This document shows, piece by piece, positions 44,189 to 58,149 of a stretch of 64,000 nucleotides of DNA. Made by a program: the position numbers and the translations under genes. Each line of letters opens with the position of its first letter. The first letter of the stretch is position 1. Under the pieces are notes generated by a model that was given only the letters and a program-made list of their open reading frames with translations, searched no databases and had not been told where the DNA came from. The DNA is from the human T2T-CHM13v2.0 reference genome, Homo sapiens. Location: the NCBI RefSeq assembly GCF_009914755.1, contig NC_060927.1. One strand, 5' to 3'.

Positions 44189-46220
44189 GTTAGAACTAAT
44201 AAATGAATTCAGCAAAGTTGCAGGATACAAAAAGCAACATACCAAAATCAGTTGCTTCTCTATACCCTAAAAATGAACAATCCTAAATGGAATTTCAAAA
44301 AATTCCATATATAAAAGCATCAAAAAGAATAAAATACTTAAAAATAGGCCTAACTAAGGTGAAAGACTACACTGAAAACTACAAAACACTGTTAAAAAGA
44401 AATTAAAGAAGACACAAACAAATGGAAAAAACATCCTATGTTCATGGAGTGGAAGGTTCATATTGTTAAGATGTTCATACTACCCAAAGTGATTCACAGA
44501 TTCAACACAATCCCTATAAAAATCCCAATAGCATTTCTTGCAGAAATAGAAAAATTTATCCTAAAATTCATATGGAATCTCAACAGACACCAAATAGACT
44601 AAAGTCTTGAAAAAGAAGAGCAAAGTTGAAAGACTCATACCTCCTGATTTCAAAACATATTGCAAAGCTGTGGTAATCAGAATAGCATGGTAATGACATA
44701 AAGACAGACATAGAGCAATGAGAGGATAGAACACCAAGAAACAAACTCTTGTGTATATGGTCAAATGATTTTCAACAAAGATGCCAAGATCTCTTGATGT
44801 TAGAAAAGGACAATTTCTTCAGAAAACAGTGCTGGGAAAACTGGATATTCACAGGCAAGAGAATGAAGTTGGACCCTTATCTTATACCATACACAAAAAT
44901 TAATTCAATATGGGTTAAAGACCTAAACGTAAGACCCAAAACTATAACACTCCTAGAAGAAAACATGGGGAAAAAAGCTACATGATATTGAACTTGGCAA
45001 TGATTTCTTGGATATGATGCCAAAATAAAAGCAAAAATAGAGAAATGGGCCTGCATTAAACTTTAAAACTCTGTGCATCAAAGGTCACAATCAGTGAAAA
45101 GGCAATGTACAGAACTGAAGAAAATATCTGCAAATTACGTATCTGATAAGGGGTTAATGTCCAGAATATATAAAGAACTCCTACATCTCCACAACAATAA
45201 ATTAAATAACCTGATTTAAAGATAGGCAAAGGACTTGAATAGACATTTCTCCAAAGAAGGTATACAGGTGGCCAACAAGCCCATGAAAACATGCTCAACA
45301 TGGATAAACAAAATGTGGCATGAAAATACAAGAGTATTACTGTAGTCCAGCCTTAAAAAGGACAGAAATCCAGTCACGTGCCACAACCTTAAGGTCATTA
45401 TACTAACTGAAATAAGCCCGCCACAAAAAGACAAAAACTGCATGATTTCACTTATACGAGGTATCTAAAGCAGTCAAATTCATAGAAACAGAAAGTAGAA
45501 TTGTGGTCACCAGGGGCTGGAGGAAGGGGGAAATGGAGCCTTGTTGCTCAATGGGTATATAGATTTGCAAGATGAAAAAGTTCTACAGATCAATTAGATC
45601 AATTTCACAACAATGTGAATATACCTAACACTGTTGAACTATTCACTTAAAAATGGTTAAGATCAACAACAACAAAAAGAACAAAAAAAATGGTTAAGAT
45701 AGTAATTTTTTTGCCACAATAAAAAATATAGTTGAGATAATCAGGAAAAACTAAACACTAACTCTTCACACAGTTAACTGCATTTGAATTCTGTACTCAT
45801 TTGTGACAGATACAGCTACTTAATACTCAGAGAGTGGAAAGAACACTTCTTTAAAGAGGTCAAAAATCTGGCTACTAGCCCCAAATCTCCTAACTAGCTA
45901 TTAGATGATATTCAAGAATCACTGTTAATTTCATTGGATATGATAATGACACTATAGCTATGCTTTTTGAAAAAGGATTCATACTGAAGTAATTTTGGGG
46001 TAACATTATGTTTTCTATGATTTACCTTAATATACTCCAGCCAAAAAATAAAGAGTACAGGTGGGGCAGGGGTAGCTGAGAAAGGATGGCAGAGTGGTCT
46101 CGTCATGCTTGTTAAAGCTGGGAGAGAGGTACATGTACGAAAAGTTTAAAACAAACCAAACAAAACACGAGGGGAAGAAAAGCATGGATGGGTATTTGGA
46201 AGGAATGGCAGCAGGATCAA

Positions 46221-46226
46221 TTTATT
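46221..46226 (-). terminator. Candidate TMPPE polyadenylation signal AATAAA
   Basis: tttatt on +; the first canonical hexamer I found downstream of the TMPPE stop (about 2.4 kb away). Confidence 0.35.
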
Positions 46227-48606
46227 GAGATTTTGTGACAGCATCATATACTACAGACACTATTGCTGATTTTCAAAAAGCATTGCATTTCAATTTGCAT
46301 CTAACAGATTAAAAATAAAGAAACAAATGAAATTGAAAGAATGATCAAGCTTCAAGTAACGTTTCTCACCACCTCCCCCGGCCACAAACAAACAAAAAGG
46401 TCCATGGTTTAAGAATGTTGAACAGAGGGACTAAAGGTGTCATGGAGACCTGCCCACCAGGGCCAGAATCTGGACAGTGATGGAGAAATTTCTGCTGCAA
46501 AAATGTCCGCCGCGTCAGGGAATACAAACCACATACGAGAGGGTGTTGATGTTGTTTCTCAGATACATAGGATGGACCTGTTTTCTTTCTGCTAATAGAA
46601 AGCAATCAGTCAAGCAAGGACTTCAGAGTGGATGAAGGGTACATAAGACCACACAATGATGGCATTCAAGAGAAAGAAAAGAGGTAAGGATGCAAAATTA
46701 AAAAAAAAATAGGACTTAATGAAAGCTAATTTCATCAAGCCCAGGTCACTGATGAGAAAGATGTAAAATCAAGAAACCAGTGAAATAACACGTAACAGGT
46801 GAGTCAAACATTACCAGCCGCATCAAACAGTGGAAGTGAAATGGCACCATCTAGCCCACCTGGTGAAATCCAAAGCGAGAACTTAAAGGGAGTAAGGATG
46901 ATTCACAAAATGCGGTCGGGACACAAGAAAAGTGAGTTTGGAAGGACAGTGAAGAGAGAAAAAAGAATAAGGAAACCACCAAAATTTCAACTCAAAGATA
47001 CATTTTAAACTGCATGGTATGGCCCACTGTCAATACCGTGGCTGCCTGGGAACAAAAAGGGTGGTCTCCAGATCCCCCAGAACCCCACTATACACCAGGA
47101 GGACAAGGAGGAAAGGAAGAAACCCCCTTTGCCTGCCAGAATGCACATGAGGGGAGGAAGGCAAACCCCTAGCAGTTGCTGCTTTGACACATCACCTGCC
47201 CCAGCAGCAGGCAGCTCGCTACCCACTCACATTCCCCAGGACTGGCTGCTCCATGAATCCTCTGGGCACCTGTGCCCAACAGAGTTCCTTAGCAAGCTCC
47301 ACTGGAACGTTGAAAAATTAACATTGAGTGTTTACTGTGCACGCTGTGCCATGTGGAACTCATGCACAAGGCTTGATGGATCCCTCCTGACAAAACAATC
47401 TTGAGGTAGATACGATAATTATCCCCATTTTAGGGTTGATGGAAACCAAGGCTGAGTGAGGGAAAGTCACCCACCCAACGCTGCCCTATGAGTGAGCAGC
47501 AGGGTTAGCCTCTCCAGTCAGAGCGAGTGTCTTCACTCCCCATTGGAGGAAGACTTTCCATCACAAGCCTAAATCACCCAGCAGGAAACCAGCCCAGCCC
47601 TGTCTTCTCAGTGAGGCCTTTTCTAACACGGGTGCTTATCTCCATCTCAGGATCAAAGGATCTATTGCTTCTGGCAAAAGGGCAAAAGCACCGCTTTTAC
47701 TGGGAGGTACAAGACCTGGTTTCTAGCCCCAAATCTCCTACATATCTTGTCATACTGCCTGTGCCCTATCTCTCTTTGCCTTGGTTTCCTTATCTCCAAA
47801 TAGGGAAAAGCAGCCTGTCCCCAGTGAGCTCCCCGAAGGGTTGTATAAAATGAGACAAGGGAGGCAAAGCCCTCTGAATTCCTAAGCAGCCATGTTCTCA
47901 CCATCACCGACCATGGCGCCCACCGTTCTTCTCCCCTGACCTTGCCCCCAAAGGCCCAGGAGCACAGACAGTTAAATAGCATCCCTCAAGGCCTGGAACA
48001 GGAGGAGCTTTGCATTCCAGTAGATTTTGCTGATGCCCTCAATAGAGGTGATCCTGATAGAATCAGAGGAAAAGAAAATATTCTTCTCTAGCAGCCAGAG
48101 GGCCCTTCCATCTTGCCTGTTCTCCCAAATTACCTGGCAACACTACCCCTTCCCCAGAAAGGCTCTGGATCAATGATTCTGGAAACCACTTAAGTCCTAA
48201 AGACAATTTTAAAACACCAGGAGAAAAATGCTCCTGCTCCTCCCCGCCCCACCTTCTAGAGGTATGCCTTTCTAGCAACCCCGAGGGGAGGTTCATCCCT
48301 GGGAGCTCTGCAGGAGAAGGTCCCCATTCCACATCATCTGGAAAATAGAGGGGAGTGCTAATATATGTGACCTTAGTGATCTCACAAGTGCATCAAAAAA
48401 AGCAACTGGCCAAGGAAATAGTTAAACCAGCCTGAACATGCCAGGCAGGCCCACCATAAGTCACTGTTTGAGTCAGGCTTGTGACCAAGGGTGTGTAGGC
48501 AAGGATGAGTGGGCAAGGCTGGAGGGGAAAAGCAGGCAAACCACTCTGAAGCAGGATGGAGGGTCGAGGACAAGGGCAGGGCAGAGGTGCACAGGGCAGG
48601 GCCAGT

Positions 48607-49968
48607 TCAGGGAGACCGCTGCAGGATGAGCTCTGTGATCTCGGCCCTGCTACCCAGCCTCATGGGTATCCCGTAGTAGGCTGTGCCTGGGCTGACATAC
48701 ACGAATGTAGCCTGGGCCACCTGGTAGAGACCAGCAAAGAAGGGATTCAGGAGATAGGCTGCTACGTTCAAGGGGAAGATCTGCCCAGCATGTGTGTGCC
48801 CAGAAAGGATCAGGTTAATATCTGGCCGAGCCTGGAGAGCTCTCTTGGCAGCCAGGGGCTGGTGAGCTAGCAAGATGATTGTGTGGTCTGGGCTGCAGCC
48901 CTCCAGGGCCTTGTCAAGATCCATGCCATGGCCAGAGTAGTGCAGGATGTCTGCTTCAATATCGTCCACCCCAGCCAAGCAGATCCAGTCCTCATCCTCA
49001 CTCCCACTGCCACTGCCACCACCACCACGTTGGGCCCGTGTGGCGGAAATCTTCACGTTCTCATTATGAAGAGGCTGGACATGCAGGGATTCCAGAAGTG
49101 CAAACCAGTTGCTGACATCTGACGTGTAGTACTCATGATTGCCTGTGACGAAGTAGGCACCGAGATGTGAATGAAGCTGGCCCAGAGGAGCGACAGCCGT
49201 CCGCAGGACCGAGGCTTCTGAGTCGGAGAGGTCACCCACAATCACCGTGATGTCTGGTTCCAGCACATTCACCATCCTCACAAACATTTCCATCTTGGTC
49301 CTGCCCACTGTGGGGCCCAAGTGAATGTCTGAGAGGAGCACGATCTTGAGGTTGTTCATTGAGGCAGGCAGCTGATGGATGGGCACCTCCACAGTTTTCA
49401 CAGCCGGGGGCTGCGCGGCATTCAGAATCCCGGCCACGCTGAGCACAGCAGTCACTCCCACTGCCAGGGCAGGCCTGAGCACGAGCTTCCTTGTCTTCTC
49501 AAGGCTGCCCACGACCCTACCACTGCGCCAGGCCAAGAGCTGGTAGGCCTGCTCCATGCCGCTGAGGATGAAGAGGAAGAAGAGCATGATGATGTAAGCA
49601 CCCAGGCAGGAGTAGGCCGCCAAGGAAAAGAGATAGGGCTCTTCGGCCACTAAAAAGAACATGGTAAAGAAACTGGAATGGGCCAGGGCCAGAAATGCCA
49701 GAACCACCACCTTCCAAAGCTGAAAACAGGTTGACTCTGCAGCTGGGGAGTGGCAGAGGTTGCTCACTGTGCTGCGCCAAATGTAGAGGGAGCCAATGAG
49801 CAAGAGCGAGTTGACAAACAGGGCAAGCTGCAAGCGAAGCAGCCAACGCCAGGCCCTGAGCTCAAGGCTCTCTGCCAGATACGAGCGGGAGGCGATCATG
49901 GACACGAAGACAGTGACAGCAGCCAGGGTGGCCTTCGCGCCTAGGGACAGCTGCCTGAAGATGGCCAT
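48607..49968 (-). CDS. TMPPE: Transmembrane protein with metallophosphoesterase domain (453 aa), nested in GLB1 intron 1
   Basis: Uninterrupted ORF with about five hydrophobic N-terminal segments, then calcineurin-like metal motifs SDIH, VGD, GNHE, AHQP and SGHTH. Likely exon acceptor gttgcag|G at 50076. Confidence 0.96.
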
Positions 49969-50698
49969 TTTCTCTGCTCCTAGTAGGCTCCCCCACCAGT
50001 TCTGTGCTGGTGGACTCTGGAAATGAGTTCCTTAGAAAGGACAGTGGCCAAGGAGAGGTTTCCAGGTCAACTCCGCCTGCAACCAGGAACCAGCATCAGC
50101 TTTGTGGGATATTAGAGTGTCCTTGTACCCATTCAAAACTCAAAGGCCACTTACATCTGCCCAACCCACCTTGAATCCAAGCTACTCAAATACCAGTCAG
50201 TTGCTAGCTATACTTTATTATTCAAAAAGAAACTCACAGCATTGTGACATGATGGGCAGTTTTCATTTTCTTACCACATGTTCTATACGTTTAAAGTTTC
50301 TCTACAGTAAGCATGTACTTGTTTTATAAAAACATTCCAAATCAGCGGTATTCAAAGTGTGGTCTGGAGAGAGCCCTTCAGGGGTCCAATTAGTCAAAAC
50401 TATTTTTATTATAATTCCAAGCCATTACTGCCTTTTCCATTCTCACTCTGTCCTGAGGGTGGAGTCTTCCAGAGGCTATGTGACATGTGATATGGCAACA
50501 GATTTAATGCAGAAATAAACATGAAAATTTGACTGTCTTCTATTAAGAGACATTGAAAGAGATTTGCAGAAATGTAAAACAGTGCAACTCTTCACCCTAA
50601 AATTTGGGGAGAAATACTATTGTTTTTCAAATATATATATTGTTTATTAACGTGTAATGATGTAGTATTTCTTAACAAATAGTTTAAAATATTCTCTA

Positions 50699-51220
<522 letters not shown>

Positions 51221-52781
51221 CTAAAGAAATGTAAACAAGGAGATAATGGAAAGCTAGACTGCTGGTATCTTTCTTTAGCTGTGGGCACAGAAGCCCAAGA
51301 GGGACACCTAGGCACCTGAAATGAGAATTCCTGGGGTGATGCCAGCCTCCCTGTGTGGGCCTCAGGTATGGCAGCCACAGGGCATCCACCCTGACCCAAT
51401 GACGCTGCACAAGACTGATGAGCTCACATCAGACAGATTGACCCTGTCCACCTGTTCCTGGTTCATAAATCCTTCTCTCTCTCCCTACCCCCACTCCCAG
51501 ATACTGGTTAAGATCTGCCTTTCCCCTAGCCCCTTACCCTGCCACTGTTCTCCTGAACTGTGCCCCAGTTCCACCTTCCCCAGTGGTTCTCACAGCTGGC
51601 TAGCTCTGACTCCTAAGGTCCTACGGGCCTTCTGGACAAGAAAACTCTGTCTACATACTGGGGTAGGGGAACCACAGACGGGGTGAAGAGGGAGCAGCAA
51701 ATAATCTGTGCTGACTTTTTCCCAAAATGAAAACATTTTCAGCAGCTGTTTTCCAAATACTTAAGATGTTCAATCTTGGTTGTAGATAAATGTACCACTT
51801 TTCTCTGCCCTAGGCACGTTATTGAAAGCGTTATTAAAGGGTGTAACTTACAAGTCAACGGTGTCAAATGCTACCAGCTCTTACTTAAAGCATACTGCAG
51901 GCTCAGCCCACCTACACCCTGGAGGAACCAAAGTTGGTCCGCGGAACGTGCAGAGGAGCAGCTTGCAACTACCCACTCTCCTTTCCGCAGGTGTGATGCA
52001 AACCTCCCCAGGCAGCGCTTTGGAGCCCCTCAGCCAGTCGCCTCAGCTCGGACGCAGCGAGTGAAGCTGTCCTTCCTCTCCCACCAACTGTGCACGCCCC
52101 GCACCTCACCTATTCGCCTCGCCAGCCCTGCCCCGATCAACGATGGCATCCCCCGGCAGCCTGCCTATTCCCCCCCTCAACCTGGACCCCCAAACGCCGA
52201 AGGAAAACGGTCCCACAAATACAAAGAAAAACCCAAGCCAAAGGGCAGGCGACGGGGAGTGGTGAGAAAGGAACAAGATGCACGAAGAGGGAGAGCACCC
52301 AGAGGGGAAATAACCCAATGTTCCCACTGCAAGGGCCTCTCCTGACCCCATTTTTCTCCTTCCGGAGCGCTCCGCAGAGCACCAACTGGGAAAGCGAGGG
52401 CGCCCCAAACCAGAGCCGGAGGCACCCTCTAACCCGCGCAACTTGGAATCCCCTCCCGGAAAGCCAACTTAGGAAATGTTTACACGCACCTCGTCTCAAC
52501 ACCTCGTTACAGATGGGGAAGTGGATCCAAGCGCAAAGGGCGGCCGGAGCGGAACGCACAAGCGACCGAGCTGCCTGGAAGGACGCGCGCCCCGCCCGGC
52601 CCGCCCCCGACGGGAAGGCCGGTCCACTGCCTGCGTTCCGCCGGCCGCGAGCCTGCTGGGGGGCACTTCGGGGCTCAGGCTCCCCGCCCTGCGGGACCGC
52701 GGGTGGCTGCGACCCCAGCCCGGTTCCCCGCCAGCCTGTCCCCTAGCAATGCCTCCCCGTACCCGGGTCCCGCAGACTTAC

Positions 52782-52856
52782 GCGCAAGCCGCGCGTAGGG
52801 CCCAGAAGCAGCAGAACCAGCAGCAGAAGGAGGATGCGAACCAGGAACCCCGGCAT
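52782..52856 (-). CDS. GLB1: GLB1 exon 1 coding part: signal peptide MPGFLVRILLLLLVLLLLGPTRGLR
   Basis: ATG at 52856-52854; 75 nt; donor CGC|GTAAGT at 52781; hydrophobic Leu-rich signal sequence. Confidence 0.97.
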
Positions 52857-52906
52857 GACCACCAGCCTCCCGGCTCTGCAGTCGGCGCCCAGGCCGGCCG
52901 CTTCGC

Positions 52907-52916
52907 GTCACTTGAC
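52907..52916 (-). promoter_or_regulatory. CLEAR-like element (TFEB/TFE3) GTCAAGTGAC
   Basis: 9/10 match to the CLEAR consensus GTCACGTGAC, about 50 nt upstream of the ATG of a lysosomal hydrolase. Confidence 0.75.
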
Positions 52917-53042
52917 TAAGGACCCACGGCCTGGCACCGCCCCTCGTCGGCCCAGCAGCCAGCCCTCGCGCCTGCTCAGCCCCGCGCCCCGCCCCGCTGT
53001 GGCCGAGCCGGGCGGGTGGGGGCGGCTAGGAGGCTGCGCGCA

Positions 53043-53052
53043 CCCGCGTGAC
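53043..53052 (-). promoter_or_regulatory. Second CLEAR-like element GTCACGCGGG
   Basis: GTCACG half-site intact, 7/10 match, in the proximal promoter. Confidence 0.5.
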
Positions 53053-53343
53053 TCCAGGATAGTACTATCTGGGTTTTGCAGGCGTCTTCCCTGGGAAGGG
53101 ACCCTTTGGAACTGCAGTCCGGAGGGCCTGCTTTCAGCAGCTTGATAACGCGCCTCGGGGATTGGACATGAATCATGGTCTCCCTGTTCCCTGGCTGCCT
53201 TGAGAGAGCAGAAGAGGGAAATTGTTAATCATTAAACCTAAACGCCCTAGATGGAATCCGCGTCTCATATACGGGCTCTTTGAATAACCTAAGCCGGGGG
53301 TTAGCAAAATGTGGTCGGTCCCTGGAGCCACTGTATCAACTCA

Positions 53344-53637
<294 letters not shown>

Positions 53638-53847
53638 TCAAAAAAAAATTTTCTTTTTTTAAATAACCTTAGTTTATGCCTTGGTGTTCCAAAAAGCCTT
53701 TTTACATTGTATAACAAAGTAGCCAAAATTCTATTTGTTCACTCCTTTCTCCTTTCCTACCGGACATGTCCTTGAGAGATTGAGAAAGTATCAGAAAGGA
53801 CATTTCATTGAGAGATTGAGAAAGTATCAGTTACTGGCTTTTCTTAG

Positions 53848-54099
<252 letters not shown>

Positions 54100-54504
54100 T
54101 GAAGTTCTGGGATCAAGCAATCTACCTGCCTGGAACTCCCAAAATGCTGGAATTACAGACATGAGCCACCGTGCCTGGCTTCTTTTCATGCCTGTAGTAC
54201 CAATTCCGTGTCCTTGCACTGTGAAGTCCTTTCCAAGCTCTGCAATTCTAGTTCAGTATTAAAGAACAAGGGCTCTGGAGGAAGTACACTTGAGTTGGAA
54301 TTCCAGCTCTGCCACTTACTGTCTGTGTAACTGTGGGCAAATTACTTAACCTCTCTGAGCTTAGTTTCTTTGTTGGTAAAGCAGGGCTAATAATATCAAA
54401 TTCACTGGATAATTGGGGAAATTACCAGAGATGATAACGATAAGAAGCTTGGTATATACAGGATGTTAGTGGGACAGTTGATGAAATCAGAATTAGACTT
54501 GTAG

Positions 54505-54690
<186 letters not shown>

Positions 54691-54693
54691 TAG

Positions 54694-54846
<153 letters not shown>

Positions 54847-56621
54847 TAACTTTCTGATTTTGATAATGGTACACAGTCTAAATATTAAATAATAGTTTTG
54901 TATTAGTGTATTGATTTGGGTAACGGTAATGGTAATTTTGGTAATGGTTATATAAAAGAACATCCTTGTTTTTTAGGAAACAAAAGGGCATCATCTTTGC
55001 AACTGATTCTCAAACAGTTCACAAAAAAAAATGGAGAGAGAGAGAAAGAGAGAGAGAGAGAGGGAGAGAAATGGTATTCCAGGCATGAAAAGAACGTGAG
55101 AAAGAAAAGCAAATGTGGTAAAATGTTAACATTTGGAAAATCAATGAAGGAATTATTTTTACTCTTTTTTTCAACTTTTTGTTTCTAAGCCTGAAATTAT
55201 TGCAGAACGAAGTTTAAAAACAAAACAAAACAAAAATCCTTAACACATGGCAGATTCAACTTCTTCTACCTTCTTTCCTACTCTGTACACTCAGGGTTAT
55301 CATATGCAATAGGTATTTTTAACTGAACTGAGGTAGAAAGGGTTTAGAGCAGGAGTTGGCAAACTAAGGGCAGAGGATCAAATCTGGCCTGCTGCCTGTT
55401 TTTCTTTTTCTTTTTAAAATTCTTTTTACTAAGAATCGGCACAATTTGCTGCCAGTTTTTCTATGGCCTGCCACCTAAAAATGGTTTTTACATTTTTAAA
55501 TGAATGAAAAAAAATCAAAAGAATAATATTTTATGACATTTGAAAATGTTGTAAGTTTCCTGTGTCAGTGTCCATAAATAAAGTTTTGTGGGGTTGGTTT
55601 TTGTTTTTTTTGTTTTGTTTTGTTTTTTTAGACACAGTCTTGCTCTGTCACCCAGGCTGGAGTGCAGTGGTGCAATCATAGCTCACAGCAGCCTTGAACT
55701 CCTGAGCTGAAGCAGTCGTCCCATGTCGGCCTCCTGAGTAGCTAAGTAGCTGGGACTACAGGCGAGTGCCACCATGCCTGAATAATTTTTTTTTTTCTAA
55801 AGACAAGATCTTGCCTTGTTGCCAGGGTTGGTCTTGAACTCCTGGCCTCAAGTAATCTGCCCACTTTGGCTGCCAAAGTGCCAAGATTACACATAAATAG
55901 TTTTCTTAGAACACAGCCACCTATAATCCTCTGCATATTGCATATGGTTGCTTTCACGCTACAACGGTAGAATGGAGTAGTTGCAACACAGATCTTAGGA
56001 CCTACAAAACTGAATATATTTATGTTCTAGCCCTTTACAGTATAAGCTTGCCAAAGGAATATAGATTGTAGATTGTTTCTGAGATTTTTAGTATTTGACT
56101 ATGTTTGTAGTTGAAATGGCAATAGTAGTAATAGCCATTGTTGTGCTGAATGCTTTACCAGTATGTGTCACTATTCCTCCCAATCCGAGCTGCATGCTCT
56201 TATCCACATTTCACAGATGAGAAAGCTGAGACCCAGAGGAGTTAAATGACTTGCCAGTAGCCACAGAGCTGGGGAGCAGTAGAGTCTCTAAAGTTACATT
56301 GCCTGACGTTAGGGCCTGAGTTATTTTCACAAGGCTATGCTTCTGCTCATAGTGTACTGTTTGGTTCCCATTTAAATGCACAGACAGAGTGTGCTGGATG
56401 CAAAGCCCCCTGCATACTGGAGAATATGAAGGGACCATGAGAAGGCTGTCACCCTGCAGGCACTCATCTCTAAACATGGTACATGCTCTAATATAGACTA
56501 ATACTTCTCAGAGTCTGATCCTTAGACCAGTGCTGTGCAATAAGTACAGAAATTCAGCCTAGGCACTTAGAAACTTGCAGCAATTTGAGAAAGTAAGTCT
56601 ATCTGTTGAATCTAATAATGA

Positions 56622-57151
<530 letters not shown>

Positions 57152-57949
57152 TAGTAGAGATGGGGTTTCACCATGTTGCCCAGGCTGGTCTTGAGCTCCT
57201 GAGCTCAGGCAATCCACCCCCCTCAGCCTCCCAAAGTGCTAGGATAACAGGTGTGAGCCACCACACCCGGCCTATTTTTCTAATAATTTATTTTTATTGA
57301 ATTTTTATGAAAGGATCAATCCTTGATAGGCAGGAAAGAGCACTAATAATTAAAAAAAAAAAAAAAAAGTCCGGCCGCGGTGGCTCACACTTGTAATCCC
57401 AGCACTTTGGGAGACTGAGGCGGGGGGATCATGAGGTCAGGAGATGGAGACCATCCTGGCTAACATGGTGAAACCCCGTCTCTACTAAAAATACAAAAAA
57501 TTAGCCGGGCGTGGTGGCGGGCGCCTGTAGTCCCAACTACTCGGGAGGCTGAGGCAGGAGAATGGCGTGGAACCCGGGAGGCGGAGCTTGCAGTGAGGTG
57601 AGATTGCGCCACTGCACTCCAGCCTGGGCGACAGAGCGAGAATCTGTCTCAAAAACAAAACAAAACAAAACAAACAAACAAAAAAACACAACTCATCCTT
57701 TACCAAAAATAGTTTGAGAAGCACAGAGGCCTCATCAGTAGCATAAGAACAATGAGAGGGAGAAAAACGTGTGGCCCCAAAACATAGGAAAGCTTTGTTT
57801 TTCTGTTCTAACAGGGCTCTACACACAAGTTAATCATCAAACTCAGTTTCTTTGATCTGTTTTCCCTTATGGAGTTTTCCTACTCAGCAAATTTTCATTC
57901 CCAGTGTCAGTTCTGACCTGCATTTCAATAAAAAATTTTATGTAACCTA

Positions 57950-58149
57950 CCTTCCTTCCTTTCTTCCCTCCTTCCTTCCTTCCCTCCTTCTTTTCTTTTT
58001 CTTTCTTTCCTTCTTTCTTTTCTTTTTCTTTCTTTCTTTCCTTCTTTCTTTTCTTTTTCTTTCTCTCTCTCTCTCTTCTCTCTCCCTTTCTTTCTTCTTT
58101 CTTTCTCTCTCTTTCTTTCTCTTTTCTCTCTCTCTCTCTTTTCTTTCTT
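57950..58149 (+). repeat. Polypyrimidine (CTTC/CTTT/CT)n tract at an Alu tail
   Basis: About 200 bp of C/T only. Confidence 0.95.

Larger units (their letters stand above)
52490..52920 (-). other. Extended first exon using the downstream donor (5'UTR exon for TMPPE and/or a signal-less GLB1 variant)
   Basis: Donor GAG|GTGCGT at 52490/52489 inside the CpG island. Exon use is inferred and partly recalled from annotation. Confidence 0.6.
52340..53170. promoter_or_regulatory. CpG island / TATA-less GLB1-TMPPE promoter with GC boxes
   Basis: Dense CpG and GC around exon 1; Sp1-type CCCCGCCCC at 52987-52995 and GGGCGG at 53010 and 53020. Confidence 0.9.

Noticed and set aside
48616-48645. TMPPE C-terminal EITELI as an [DE]xxxL[LI] lysosomal sorting signal
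   Set aside because: It coincides with what is probably the last beta-strand of the phosphoesterase fold, so it is likely structural.
52978-53030. Promoter G-quadruplex
   Set aside because: Only three G3+ runs on either strand; better explained as Sp1 GC boxes.
51776-53176. Long + strand ORFs (189, 218, 147 aa) and a 78-aa minus ORF over the promoter
   Set aside because: Expected from stop-poor GC-rich CpG-island sequence; no recognisable domain.
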